64,000 bases of DNA from Octopus vulgaris (GCA_951406725.2 OX597823.1:79918001-79982000); one strand, 5' to 3'; counted from the stretch's first letter, positions 24,099 through 37,416 are shown. Numbers and translations: made by a program. Notes: generated by a model from the sequence alone, not told the origin.

Positions 24099-24538
24099 CA
24101 GAAGCTGGCTACCCGCATGGTTCTTGGTCTCAAGAATTTGTCTTATGAAGAAAGGCTGAAGACGCTCGACCTTTATTCTCGAGAAAAACGACGACGCCGT
24201 GGAGATCTCATTCTTGCTCACAACATCATAAGCAGAAAGTATAACATCTCGAAAGAGCTGTTCTTCACTCCTGCTCCAGAGCGTCGGCTGCGGGGTCATT
24301 CCGAAAAGTTCTATCTGCGACGATTTCATCTCAATCGAAGGAGAGGGGCTTTCTCCATCCGGGTTGTGGATCCGTGGAATAAGCTGCCAGACGAGATGAA
24401 GATGCCGACGACCGCTCGGTTCAAAGTCTCCCTTGACCTCAAGTGGCCTGAACTCTTTACATGAACACCACCCTGTACATAACTCCATGTCCCCCTACAT
24501 GGCCATGCTTTTTGCTTTTTGAGCCCAAAAATTAACTA

Positions 24539-24540
<2 letters not shown>
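24099..24540 (+). mobile_element. 5'-truncated CR1-type LINE: ORF2 C-terminus plus 3' UTR
   Basis: ORF 24117-24464 reads LSYEERLKTLDLYS.EKRRRRGDLI..LRGHS.K..FSIRVVDPWNKLP, the hallmark CR1 ORF2 terminus. Confidence 0.92.
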
Positions 24541-24850
<310 letters not shown>

Positions 24851-25301
24851 GTGTATGTGTGGGTATAGATATATGTAAGTATACACACAAATATACGGAA
24901 AGAACGAAGTAGAAACTATGATAGATAAATTATTCTCAGACCAAAGAATTGTCCCAAACCTTTGCAACAAAGTCCAGTCTGGACAAAGGAACAGAAGAGC
25001 CTAGTGTTGGGCTTAATCGAGTTTCAGATTAAGCATACCAACCAAAATTGAGTTTATCACCCGATTCAATGTAATTGCTTTATTATTGCCTTTCGTTCTC
25101 TCGCAGTCGACGAAATAAGTATCAGTAGGTCATTGAGGCCGATGTACTCCAGTTGGTTTCTCTCTCGAAATGAGTGGCCTTGCGCCAAAATTTTAAATCA
25201 ATATTGTTACTAGAGTGGTGAGTGAGCAGCTACTAAAAAAAATTGCTGTAAGATTCAAAACCTCTTTCCATCTTGACAACATACACCTCTCTCTCTCTCT
25301 T

Positions 25302-25347
<46 letters not shown>

Positions 25348-25348
<1 letters not shown>

Positions 25349-25601
25349 TGCGTTGGTGCATAATTATTACGGCTTTTGTTTTCAACAAATTTTATCCAAC
25401 AATAACAATAACAATATTTAACAAAATCATCTTTAAATGACGGTCTGACAGCCTGCCAAGCAAATGGGGAACAGTAAGTGAAGTAGATGGTGAATATGCT
25501 CCGGAATAATCATTTAAGAATGTTTTTGTTTCATGTTGTTGTATATTTTGTTGAATAAAATTTGTTGAAAAAAAAGCCGCAGTAATTATGCACCAACCCA
25601 A
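25348..25601. mobile_element. mariner-type MITE
   Basis: TIRs TTG(C/G)GTTGGTGCATAATTA(T/C)T(A/G)CGGCTTTT extend to about 45 bp. They resemble Hsmar1-like TTAGGTTGGTGCAAAAGTAATTGCGG. Inserted in a (TA)n tract. Confidence 0.85.
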
Positions 25602-25624
25602 CATATATATATATATATATATAC

Positions 25625-25716
<92 letters not shown>

Positions 25717-26774
25717 ATGTATGTATGTATGTATGTATGTATGTATGTATACGAAGTGCTGGAGAGCGACTACGTAGCTTAATTCAAAGTTGCATAACTT
25801 TTAGTCGTCCAGATTCCAGTGTCATCGTATCGAGATGCAACATTTATGAAACAAAGGCCTCTATCGCTGAAGTATACCACCTGTGTACAGTTTATAGCCC
25901 TTTTGTTGTCTACACAAACATTTGAAGAAGAAAATCTCATAAATTATATGCTACTGATATGCATCAGTGACTCCTACTTTAAATTGACGGAACGAATAAG
26001 AGGTGGAGAGATGAGTGAAATGGCTGCCTAGATATACATACGTACTTACGTATATAATATATATACATATGTGTACTTACATGCGTGCGTGCATGTGTAT
26101 GTATGAGTGTTCGTGTCAGTAATCATAAGTACATATAAGGCAAATACAAACACACGCATTCACACACATTCAAAGAGACTTCTTCTCCAAGAAACACGCC
26201 ATACATATACTAGTAATAATAAAGAAAACAAAAAAAGGGAAAAGGGAGAAAAAGAAGAGAAGAAGGATGGAAACAAACACAACAACAAAAAAAAAAAGAA
26301 AACGACAAGGAAGACGGAGACGTATGAAGTAGTGTGATTTCTTACAAATTTTCCTTGTTTTTGTTGAGTATGTCCTCTTAAAAGTGTAACCACCCGCCGC
26401 AACAAACATCTCCCTTATTTCTACCTGCCATAAATTTATCAGAATGCTGTGATGTAAGGAATAAATATTTCTTACAGTCTCTTCATATATCTACTTCCAA
26501 TAACTCTTGAATTTCATGTTCCTCCCTGCCTGCCACTTAGAAGTCTTAGAGTACCACTTATTGTTATAAGAACTAAAAGAGCCGTGATGAAACGCAACTC
26601 TCCCGCAGGCAATACGCTTTACAGAAAATGACATAAAACGTAACTTTATGTAAATATACGCATAATATTTATGAACATGTTCGACTATCCTTTCTTTTTC
26701 TACCTCCCTTTCTCCCCACCTCTCTCACACACTCTCCCTCTCTTTCTCGTTTTGGCTTTCTCTCTCATAATATA

Positions 26775-27012
26775 TTGGGTTTTCAGATAAACTCATTCGT
26801 TAGTTTTTCCCCCATTTATTCTAATAAGTTTTTCAACAACAATTTAAAAATTTGTTCAGATTTCAAAAGCGATAAACAAAAGTTGTAGACGGAGAATAGA
26901 AATACAAAATACAATATAAAACTCTATGATAAAAGTATTTTTCGTATTAATTCAAGTAAGTTTGTAAAAGATTAAAATAGAGGGAAAATGAAAGGAACGA
27001 ATTTATCTGACA
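26775..27012. mobile_element. Degenerate mariner-type MITE
   Basis: Left TATTGGGTTTTCAGATAAACTCATTC versus right GAACGAATTTATCTGACAGTT (imperfect TIR). Confidence 0.5.
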
Positions 27013-27052
27013 GTTGTTCATGTGCACGCACATACATATACGCATTATTTTA

Positions 27053-27566
27053 TTGGGTTCTCCGGAAAGTTCATGCCGATTTTTAAAGGAAAGAAAACGG
27101 TCAATAAATACTTGCCATTACATTTTTAATCAACCAAATACCCTCTTCCTAGAATTGAGGTGGTTTCATGGCAAAGAATTCATCAAGGTATCTTTTTACG
27201 TCATCCAAGGAATTGAAATTTTTACCATTAAGACTATTCTGCAGAGACCTGAATAAGTGGAAACCCGAAGGAGCAATATCTGGTGAATATGGAGGGCGGG
27301 GTAACACATCCCAGCCGAGCTGCGGCAATTTTTGTCTGGTTCCCAAAGCATCAAGTGCCGAAAATGAACTTTCTTATCTTCCATTTTAAAGGGTTACAGA
27401 ATTAACACAGGTTATAGGAACATAAACCTTATTCCACGAAAAGATAGCTTAAACTGTGCTCTAAATGGAGGTGTAGTAAAATCCTATTTTATGGACTCAA
27501 CCATGTTCTAAAATAAGTCGAAATTTAAGCTACTATAAATCGGCACGAACTTTCTGGACAACCCAA
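27053..27566 (-). mobile_element. Internally deleted mariner transposon
   Basis: About 30-bp TIRs TTGGGTT(C/G)TCC(G/A)GAAAGTTC(A/G)TGCCGATTT with TA duplications. N-terminal MEDKKVHFRHLMLWE is joined out of frame to C-terminal LGWDVLPRPPYSPDIAPS.FHLFRSLQNSL. Confidence 0.93.
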
Positions 27567-27632
27567 TAGTCCATTTTGCGCTAGCAAAACAATGATTGGC
27601 GGGTACACTTTTTTGGGGGGAAGGTAAAATTA

Positions 27633-27860
27633 TCGTATCTGGGCAATTACCCCCCCCCCCGGACAATTATCCTCGTAAAACAATTACCACCCTACCAAGG
27701 ACAATTCCCTACGACGACAACTACCCCATAGAACAATTACTCCACTTGGTTAATTACCCCATCTACAATATATTGAAAAATTTTAAATCATCATCTGTTG
27801 TTCTTAGGGGTAATTGTCCTTGAGGTGTTAGTCTCCATGGCGGGTAAAAGTCCTAGACTC
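27633..27860. mobile_element. Foldback-like MITE with short subterminal repeats
   Basis: Several GGACAATTACCCC-like units on the left and inverted GGGGTAATTGTCC-like units on the right. Confidence 0.6.
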
Positions 27861-28348
27861 AAAATCATAGCGTTTATATTACGAAATATTAGGTGAGAAA
27901 GCACGGTAAAAAAACACAGCATCAAAAATAGATTGTAAGAACTAACTCAAGTTTGAATACCTTGTATGGTAACCACTGATTACTAATCAGTAACCCAAGC
28001 CCGGCAAGAGCTAGAACACTGGACACATAACTTTCCGACATCTTCTCGGCTTAAAAGCTAAGTCAAAACATTACATTTGTCAAACCAGTAAGAAGGATAT
28101 TATGGTGTGGTTTTACGTTGCAGGGAAATTTTATTCTATGCTAAACAGATTTCATCGACTAAATCAATGACTTTTTGCATCATTAGGAATCATTAGTGAA
28201 TTCCAGAATTTCTATTCCAACAACCCTGCTGGGAATGATGGGCAGGGAAGATGGCTGGATGGACGAGTAGACATACGAAACCTAATGGTTTCAAATTTAG
28301 GGGAAGCGGTTTGTCGATTACGTTGTCACCCCGCCCCCATCGTACTTT

Positions 28349-28661
28349 GAATTTTGAGAATTATTCCTTCTTGAGCCACACCTGGCTCATAAGGGCCGGT
28401 TTCCCGGTTTCCTTGGCATATAGTTTCCCCCAGCTGGACGAGACGCCAGTCCGTCGCAGGTGAGCTGCAAGATCCAGGAGGAAAGTGTGAGAGAAAGTTG
28501 TGGCGAAAGAGTCAGCAGAAGTTCGTCTTTACCTTCTGTCGGAGCCGCGTGGAGCTTCAGGTGTTTCGCTCATAAACACACACATCGCCCGGTCTGAGAT
28601 TCGAATCCGCGATCCCTCGACCGCGAGTCCGCTGCTCTAACCACTAGGCCATGTGCCTCCA
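28349..28661 (-). mobile_element. SINE family C, full length with TSD
   Basis: Reverse match to family C; flanked by CCCATCGTACTTT / CCCACCGTACTTT. Confidence 0.9.
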
Positions 28662-28759
28662 CCCACCGTACTTTAGGTCAAAGTCTTTGAACAAGGATTT
28701 ATAGAATCAGGATGAACTTAGAGTTTCAGCATCGCATTTTCCTCTTTTAGTGTTTATAT

Positions 28760-28911
28760 CAGTCTCGGGCAACCTGCGGTCCGCAGGGCTTTCTGAATGG
28801 CACACCTAACGAAAAACTACCTTCGAATTTTTCAGTAGTGTGACTGCGGCTCACCCGATAATGAGCTGTGTCGCATGCGGCCCTCTTCTCGAAAAAGGTT
28901 GCCCGCGCCTA
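28760..28911. mobile_element. hAT (Charlie-like) MITE
   Basis: Ends CAGTCTCGGGCAACCT / AGGTTGCCCGCGCCTA, internal GCGGCCC-like motifs, 8-bp TSD GTTTATAT / GTTTATAG. Confidence 0.8.
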
Positions 28912-29326
28912 GTTTATAGTGACAGAATAAGAGAATGTGGTGATAATGTTGTTTAAATTTGCTTTCACATGGTGAAATAATGCGTGACTCACCAGAAAAT
29001 ATATATAGCAATCGAGGAGTTGTTACCAATCTAGAATGGACTAAAAGCTTCGCATTCTAACTTTAGTTGGAACTAATATGTATATAAAAGATAATAAAAA
29101 ACTGAAACAGCCACCACTTTTTAATATACGCCGTTTGATTGGTGCATTTACCATTGCAATTGGGTAATTAACGATGTGGAACTGACATGCAGTAAATATA
29201 ATTTCATTAAGTGTCTTCCGTATATTTGAGATCTCCCTTAAGAGTTGTCTAACTCTCATTAAATCTCCCTCTTTCTGTATTTCTCAGTATTTCTCTCCTC
29301 TCTCTCTCTCTCTCACTTTTCGCTTT

Positions 29327-29387
29327 GTATATATCTATCTATTTATCTATGTATGTATGTATCTATCTATCTATGTATGTATGTATG

Positions 29388-29476
<89 letters not shown>

Positions 29477-30066
29477 CTCTATCTATCTGGATGCCTGTCA
29501 ATCTATCTATCTATCTAACTTTCTACCCACCTACCTATCTACTTATCTCAGGTTTCTTTACCCCGGAAAACCTTTTGAGTTATAAGCGAGAAAAACATAA
29601 CTTTACAAAATATATGATCAGCGAGAATCTTTTTTTATCGGTCGATGAGAGTTGTTGAGGGCGTTCTTAATAAGGCACATAATTAGTTGAATGAAGAAAC
29701 TCCTTACGAAGAACATTATAAGCATAGTAAATAAAATATAAATACATGTTATGTTATACATACATACATACATACATACATACACACACACACATACATA
29801 CATACATAAATACATACATACATACACATACATACATGCACACATACATACATACATACATACATGCATGCATACATACATACATACATACATACATACA
29901 TACATACATACATACATACATACATACATACATACGTACGTACGTACGTACGTACATACATACATACATACATACATACATACATACATACATACATACA
30001 TACATACATACATACATACATACATACATACATACATACGTACATACATATATACGTACGTACATA
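29327..30066. repeat. (TATC)n tract 29327-29545 and (TACA)n tract 29755-30066
   Basis: Direct reading. Confidence 0.95.
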
Positions 30067-30304
30067 GGTGCAAGTGTAACTGTGTAATAGGCGGTTTTCT
30101 TTCGTGGTTCCGGGTTCACTCTCACTGCGTGGCACTTTGGGCTGTGTTTTTTTCAAGTGTTTACAAATAACACGGAAAAAATAAACAGTGACCAGGGTAG
30201 AAAAAAATTCACACAAGTAACAAGGATGTAACAGCCTATTTATAAAGGTAGAAACTCCAGGTTTAGGTGAAATATTTTGTATATCATAGATAAATGAATA
30301 AATA

Positions 30305-30496
30305 GAGTTAAACTCAGGTGTTATTCAAATTCTTTTACTTCCGACATACGTTTCGAAGAAAACATCGGTATTATTCCAGAAGGAATAAAATGATGTATAA
30401 ACAATGCACTCTTCTCATCAGGAAAAGAAAGAAACCAATGATGTCTTCGAAACATGTCGGAAGTAAAAGAATTTGCGTAACACCTGTGTTTAACTC
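30305..30496. repeat. Inverted repeat with about 65-bp arms (30305-30369 / 30433-30496)
   Basis: CAAATTCTTTTACTTCCGACAT..GTTTCGAAGA is mirrored by TCTTCGAAACATGTCGGAAGTAAAAGAATTTG. Confidence 0.92.
30338..30426 (-). ncRNA. Minimal type I hammerhead ribozyme with intact core
   Basis: Minus strand: TTTTC-CTGATGA-GAAGA-(50 nt)-TCTTC-GAAA-CGTATG-TC/GGAAG. All core nucleotides are present; GUC cleavage triplet. Confidence 0.75.
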
Positions 30497-30559
30497 CATT
30501 TTTTTAAATTATCTAGGTATCTATACATATATATGTATGTATTAATGCGTATGCGTGTT

Positions 30560-30745
30560 TATGTATGTCACATCCACCACCGCTGTTGGTGCGTTTACGC
30601 CCCTGTAATATAGCAGTTCGGCAAAATAGACTGATAGAATATGTGTCAGACTAAAAATCAAAATAAGCACTGTGATTGATCGGCTAAAATTGTACAAGGC
30701 GGTGCTCCAGTATGACCGCGGTCTAAAGACTGAAACAAGTAAAAT
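30560..30745 (+). mobile_element. SINE family B, diverged 3' half
   Basis: GTTCGGCAAAATAGACTGATAGAAT..GGCGGTGCTCCAG..GACTGAAACAAGTAAAA. Confidence 0.75.
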
Positions 30746-30819
30746 ATATGCTTATAAATGTGTGTGTGTACATGTAATACATACAAACATACATAAATAT
30801 ATATATGTATATGTATATA

Positions 30820-30885
<66 letters not shown>

Positions 30886-30919
30886 TTATCAACAGTAGCA
30901 GAAACACATCGTGATGTAA

Positions 30920-31105
30920 ATATGCCATTTGAATATGGCTAACCCCTAAGGGTGGATGCTACTGTAGTTTTTAGCCCCAGGAAGAGATCTCCTCACTGAA
31001 CACTGGAAGAAGTATATGTATTTGTAAAGAGAACCTCCTTCCTATCGACAACTGTGATTGTCACACGCTGATGATAGGTCAATACCTTGAAGCTCTGATA
31101 TTTAT
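30920..31105 (+). mobile_element. Repeat related to the 1444 palindrome arm, followed by a decayed hammerhead-like motif (probable PLE terminal fragment)
   Basis: GCCATTTGAATATGGCTAACCCCTAAGGGTGGATGCTACTGTAGTTTTTAGCCCC resembles 1457-1510 and 60958-60999. CTGATGA-tAGGT-caat-ACCTt-GAAg lies at 31068-31092. Confidence 0.55.
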
Positions 31106-31106
31106 C

Positions 31107-31158
<52 letters not shown>

Positions 31159-31611
31159 TGAATATTATTCTTTTCAGGAGTAGTGAAGACGTTGAACGAT
31201 CACGTTCTGTCATTTTGTAAAAATATGGAATTCTCTACAAATCAATTTCTTTGTTAATGCATACAATTACAACGTAATTAAATGGATAAACACATTTTTA
31301 TTTATATCAGGCAATATTACGACCTGCAAGAAGTAACAACCATAAACATCCCTCTTTTCACTCCCTACTCTCCTTAAAAATATCAAGGGTCATTCGATTC
31401 TAAATTTAAAAACAAACAAAAAAAAACAAACAATACAAATGCTGGCCAATCGTATTTGAAATGCCTTTGATCTTAGATTTGCAATGTGATGATTACTTTG
31501 AATGTTATTTAACATCATGCAAACATATACGGCAGTGCTCGGAAGGACGAAAATCATAGTGATTCCTCACATCACATACTAGTTTCTTAAGTGTTGTCAT
31601 AGACGTTATAT

Positions 31612-32130
31612 TGCTTTCAAATTTTGGCACAAGGCTCAGTGTTTTCGAAGAAGTGGTTAAGTCGATTACATCGACCCCAGTGCTCTACTGGTACTTATTT
31701 TATCGACCCCCGAAAGGATGAACGGCAAAGCTGACCTCGGCAGAATTTGAACTCAGATCGTAAAGTCGGACGAAATCCCGCTAAGCAATTTTCCCGGCGT
31801 GCTAACGATGGAGGTAAGTCGATTGCATTGACCCCAGTGTCCAGCAGGAACTTATTTTATCGAACCCGGGAGATGAAATTTAATGTCGACCTCGGCAAAA
31901 TTTGAACACAGAACGTAAAGTCGGGCGAAAGAGGGGACAAACAAGGAGAGACAAACGGATTAAGTCGATTTTATCGACCCCAGTACGTAACTGGTACTTA
32001 TTTAATCGACCTCAAGAGGATGAAAGGCAAAGTCGACCTCGGCGGAATTTGAACTCAGAACGTACCGGCAGACGAAATACCGCTAAGTATTTTGCCCGGC
32101 ATGCTAACGTTTCTGCCAGCTCGCCGCTTT
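31612..32130 (-). mobile_element. Three tandem/partial SINE family A copies
   Basis: Core repeated three times in the same orientation. Confidence 0.88.
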
Positions 32131-33135
32131 GTCATATGTGTATTATTGCCGGAAAAGAAAGTAATGAACATAGTTGAACACCTTTCTACATAGGTCTTCT
32201 CAGTCATACACACAGCCATATAAACACACACACGTATTTAGTTGTTATTGCAATAGGGATTGCAGTTGTGGTTGCATCTAAGGTGAAGTAGCGTAGGCAT
32301 TACTTGTGTTTGGTTGCAGTGGTGGAAGTTATGCATATCAATGCGACGGTGCCGGTATTACTGTTAAGCGTTCTTGTGTCGAGACTTCGTGCATCTCCCT
32401 CTATTATCACAGCTATATTTAAATATCATAATCTAATTTTCCTTTCCTCTTCCAATAAAAACTTAACACTAGAACACTCTCTGTCCATCCTTTCACCCAA
32501 CAACCGCCTTTTCTTTCCTTCTTTCCTTCTTTCTTCCTTTCATTCTTTCTCTCTCTCTCTCTGTCTCTTTCTCTCTTTCTGACCGATGTGCTTCCAGCTT
32601 CCCCTTTTGCAAATACTTTGTCCTCTGTTGATTGCACCCCCCTCGTTACACTTTGTTTCTGCCACGTCAAGCACTCCGCCACTCTTCTCCTGCTGCTGTA
32701 TTTAGGACGCATCATGGAAATGTGATATTCGTTCCAATAAAACGAAGTCAGTGCGGTCTTTATTTTGACAAGCCGGAAATAGGGAATGTTGATCGAGCGA
32801 AGCAGGTGGAAAGGCAGTGACATAGCATCGTCAAACACCGTAACAAAACAGAGGATGAGAAACTACACCCGTATTATAAGGAACAGATTTACAACATTGA
32901 AGTGTTTCCTGGCTTGATAATTGAATACTGTTTTAAAATAGATCGCACGACAGACACAACTTCTCACACACACGCACTAATACACATACACACACGCTAG
33001 CACACAAACACACACCCACACATTAATGTTTGTTTTTATGTTATAATAAAAACAATTTTACATTAAACTGAAGGATTACTCAATACATTTGGTAGAGTAT
33101 AAATTTACTATTCTTTAGCAAGAATAATATCGGCA

Positions 33136-33205
33136 GTAACTTCGACGTTTCGACCAGCTAAGCCATCATCGACGATGGCTTAGATGACCAAAACTTTGAA
33201 GTCAC
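33136..33205. repeat. Spacerless imperfect palindrome built from the 3' half of a hammerhead-like motif
   Basis: Centre CCATCATC|GACGATGG; minus strand GATGATGGCTTAGCTGGTCGAAACGTCGAAGTTAC; a related single copy lies at about 3318-3362. Confidence 0.7.
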
Positions 33206-33377
33206 AGTCAATATAATAAATTCATATCAGCGCCGATGGCACACGATTCTCGTCTGCTACGAGTATACAGTTTTCTAACAAGACATCCATGTTAAGGTGG
33301 ATATATGGATTACCTTTCGGTATTAATGCTTCCGTTGCTATTAATTAATTAATATCTATCTCTCAATTTTCTATCTG

Positions 33378-33481
<104 letters not shown>

Positions 33482-34424
33482 GTCTGTCTGCCTGTCTATC
33501 CATCTATTTTTCTATGTTTGTCTGTCTGTCACACACTTGTATACATATATACATACATGCATGTGTGTGTATGTGCACGCATGAGTGTATGTGTGTATGT
33601 GTGCGTGTATGTACGTGTGTGTGCGTGCGCACGCGCGCGTGAAATTTTTTGTGGAATGTCGAGTAAGCAAACCTGGGATAAAATTATATTTAGCGAAAGA
33701 GGAACATTTTTTCACATTTACAATAACCACCTTTGCTGCGAGCCGTATTACATATCCTCATAACGGACTATATTTCATAGTCCTGTCACTATCAACTAAA
33801 AGCCGCAGAAGGGTAATAAATAAGAGACATCAAATAAAACGAAATTGAATACTAAAATATAACATCACCCGCCTTCCTCGTATATTTATATGCAAGTGCT
33901 TGGTTCGTTTTTGTAATTATTCCTCACAATGTGATCTTTCCGTTTTCTTTTCTTGTGTTTGTTTTTTAATGGGTAAATAATTATTGCACAAGTGTAGGCG
34001 TTATGCATTAGCGTTTATGTATCACGTGACAAAGACTCTGTCAAGCGCCAAAACCATCCCAAAACATTCACACGAATCTTCATGAATAAGCATTTTCAGA
34101 AACCAACACCTGCTTTCTAAGAGATACCATTTCCAGATACTATTAGCAATGAACAATAATATTGTCTACCCTTCGTCTTCTCCTTCCTTCTGTTATATCT
34201 CCCTCTTTCTTTCCCTCCTTCTACTATTCTATTTTTTCTATTACTCTTTACGACTGTGCATTGAATCGTCTGCTCGCACAGACGATTCAATTCCCGATCG
34301 TCTGCTCGCACATGCATACTCATAGGAAAATCCTAATGCAAACGCGAATTATCTGTCTCTTTCTCCTCTCTTGTATCTTTTTTACAAACCGTTTCATCTT
34401 TTAAATCTTTTGTAAAAGGGTTTC

Positions 34425-34635
34425 TGACTAAGGCACAAGGCCTAGCAGTTTTGAAGGAAGCGGGAAGTAGTCAATACCCTTTACAGCCATAGTAGGTCGT
34501 TACTTTATTTTATTGATCCGTAAAAAGGATGAAAAAATAAAGCTGACCTCGGCAGGATTTGAACTCAGAACGTAAAGAAGATTGACTGCTGTAATGCATT
34601 TTATCCAACGCTGCCAAGATTCTTGCCAACTTGCT
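34425..34635 (-). mobile_element. SINE family A, old diverged copy
   Basis: GACCTCGGCAGGATTTGAACTCAGAACGTAAAG. Confidence 0.65.
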
Positions 34636-35099
34636 TGAGATATTATACAATATCTGTACTGTAGAGCAGTAGCAATCACTTGACTAGCTGAGTTTGCAAT
34701 TTCCGATCGAGGTGTTTTATTTCCAATTTTTGTATCTTTAATATTCGCCCGTAATCAATTGTCTAGACAGAGATGGTCCCTCAAGACTAATCTATCTTCG
34801 ACACATTACATGATGATTAAACTTCTTTCCTTACTTCGTGACACATTGAGAGTGCGATTTAATATTTAATATTAAAGTTGCACGGCAAATAACCAGTATT
34901 TAGAACTCCATGTGTATTCCCCAATATCTAAAGGGAAACCCTGAGGCGGACTCGTATTATAGTCCATGCATTATTCAGTTAGAATCTGCACTTGGGTTAT
35001 GTCACAGAGTACAAATACGCGAAACAAAACACGACAGATTGCTTACAAAATATTTAGTTAACTAAATATTTTATAAACAATCTCTCCTGTTGTGTTTCG

Positions 35100-35139
<40 letters not shown>

Positions 35140-35292
35140 GCACATCGCATTTTGACAATATCACGTTCAGAGAACGTTTTTAGTGCTTACGGTAAAATAA
35201 GCATTAGTTTTCACATTCCAATGTTTTTTTTTATTTCTTTATACTATAATAGTTGAATTCGTATAGATTTTACCCTTTTAAAAGGAATTTAG

Positions 35293-35735
35293 ATCAGATA
35301 TTACATGCTGTGTAAACTCAAAGGAAGTTCGTTGGCTATGGAAACGGCAAGAAGTATTCATTCTGTCTACGGCAATGAAGCTTTAAGTAGCAGGACTCGC
35401 CAAAAATGGTTTGACCTGTTTCGCTCGGGAAATATTTCTCTTGCAGATTTCCCTCAATCGGGATGACGAGGTTCTGTGAATATTGGTCTTCTGAAAACTG
35501 TTATCGGGGAAAATACAAAACAAAATGCACAAAAAAAAAATGAGCAAAACACTTCAAGTCATATTTTGATTAAAAAGGGCATTCAAGAACTACAAATTGT
35601 GTCTGAACTTAATCGGTGGGTCTCTCATTATCAGACTGCTTCTCAGTTTAATCAAGGGTTTTTAAACGAAAGAACATAAAGATAAACGTTTCTTTGAAGC
35701 TTTCCTTTCATATCTGAAAAACATATTCGGACGGT
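35293..35735 (+). pseudogene. Decayed mariner transposase, N-terminal HTH to first catalytic Asp region
   Basis: IRYYMLCKLKGSSLAMETARSIHSVYGNEALSSRTRQKWFDLFRSGNISLADFPQSG*..LKTVIGEN..RWVSH matches the mariner A..I..VYG..ALS.RT.Q.WF..FRSG..SL.D..RSGR and WVPH motifs. Confidence 0.85.
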
Positions 35736-35824
35736 GGATATTCAAAAGGAAATCAGGCATGGTTTACCAGATCGGAAACCAACGAGCATATTCGGAATAC
35801 TGGAAATCGGAGAGTTTCAGTTAG

Positions 35825-35855
<31 letters not shown>

Positions 35856-35935
35856 TATATATATATACACATGTGTATGTGTGTGTATGCGTGTGTGCGT
35901 GCGTGTGTGTATGCACACACTTACGTACGCATATG

Positions 35936-35968
<33 letters not shown>

Positions 35969-35970
35969 AT

Positions 35971-36121
35971 AGGCGCAGGAGTGGCTGTGTGGTAAGTAGC
36001 TTGCTTACCAACCACATAGTTCCGGGTTCAGTGGCACCTTGGGCAAGTGTCTTCTACTATAGCCTCGGGCCGACCAAAGCCTTGTGAGTGGATTTCGTAG
36101 ACGGAAACTGAAAGAAGCCCG

Positions 36122-36197
<76 letters not shown>

Positions 36198-36424
36198 GTG
36201 TGTATGTGTGTATTTGTTTGTGTATCTGTTTGACCCCCAACATCGCTTGACAACCGATGCTGGTTTGTTTATGTCCCCATCACATAGCGGTTCGGCAAGA
36301 TAGGCCGATAGAATAAGTACTAGGCTTACAAAGAATAAATCCTGGGGTCAATTTGCTCGACTAAAGGCAGTGCTCCAGCATGGCCGCAGTCAAATGACTG
36401 AAACAAATAAATGAATAAAAGAAT
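35971..36424 (+). mobile_element. SINE family B, full length
   Basis: AGGCGCAGGAGTGGCTGTGTGGTAAG ... ATGACTGAAAC. Confidence 0.92.
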
Positions 36425-37284
36425 ATATGGTTGCAAAGATTTGTTTTGCTTTAATAAAAGTATGTATGTATGTATGTATGTATGTATGTATGTATGTATG
36501 TGTGTGTGTGTGTGTGTGTGTGTACATATATAGCTAGCTAGATAGATAAAATTGTTTCAGTCCTTCAAATGCAACATGCTACATTCAAAATATGTGTACG
36601 CGCGCGTGTGAGTGTGTGCGTGTATTTGAGTGTGTTAGTGTGTGTTTGTGTGTGTTTGAGTGTATTGCGTGTGTGTGTGTATATGTATGTGTGTGTGCCC
36701 AAACACACGCTGGTTGACGACAGTTGTTCATAATTATCATTGTTGTTTATTGCTTTTTGTTTTTATTTTTTGTTTTTTCTTTCTTTTACTTAGTTGCAAA
36801 TACCTAGAACCAGTGATTTTATTAAAAAAAAAAACAGAACACGAAAATAAAAGGAAAACAACTACAAAATAGTCAAACAACTAACCAACCAAACAAACAG
36901 TAACACCCACATACTCGTTAATCTTTATCTACGTCCTGTCATAATATGATGTTTTATAAAATACCAGTTTACCGTTAGAGATTTTACAATCCCAATCAAA
37001 TCCAAATCGTTTCTCTCCTACGCATTATGCGAATTGATCGCTACAAATTGATGGCTAATTCAGTACGTTTCGTCTAAGTTCTAAGACTGTCATTACGAAC
37101 GTGTTCAACATAATAGTTACGCTGCTAAGTAATGTTTGCATGTCAGGTGATGTACGATATAAGCGGTAATAAGTAATTCAAGAACAACTCAGAAATCTAA
37201 AATACACACTTGAATAGTTCATTTTTATTATTATTATTATTATTATTGAATTGTAACGCAGTTTTTCGCGTGCTTGTGTGTGTG

Positions 37285-37331
<47 letters not shown>

Positions 37332-37363
37332 TGCGTGCCTGTATGTGTATGTATGCATATATA

Positions 37364-37416
<53 letters not shown>

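Noticed and set aside
27633-27770. CRISPR-like spaced repeats (GGACAATTACC)
   Set aside because: Units are short, degenerate and mirrored in inverted form; eukaryotic context with no cas genes. Better explained as MITE subterminal repeats.
32419-32838. 139-aa minus-strand ORF in partly unique sequence
   Set aside because: Non-ATG start, C-terminal part runs through a purine simple repeat, and there is no recognisable domain or splice support.
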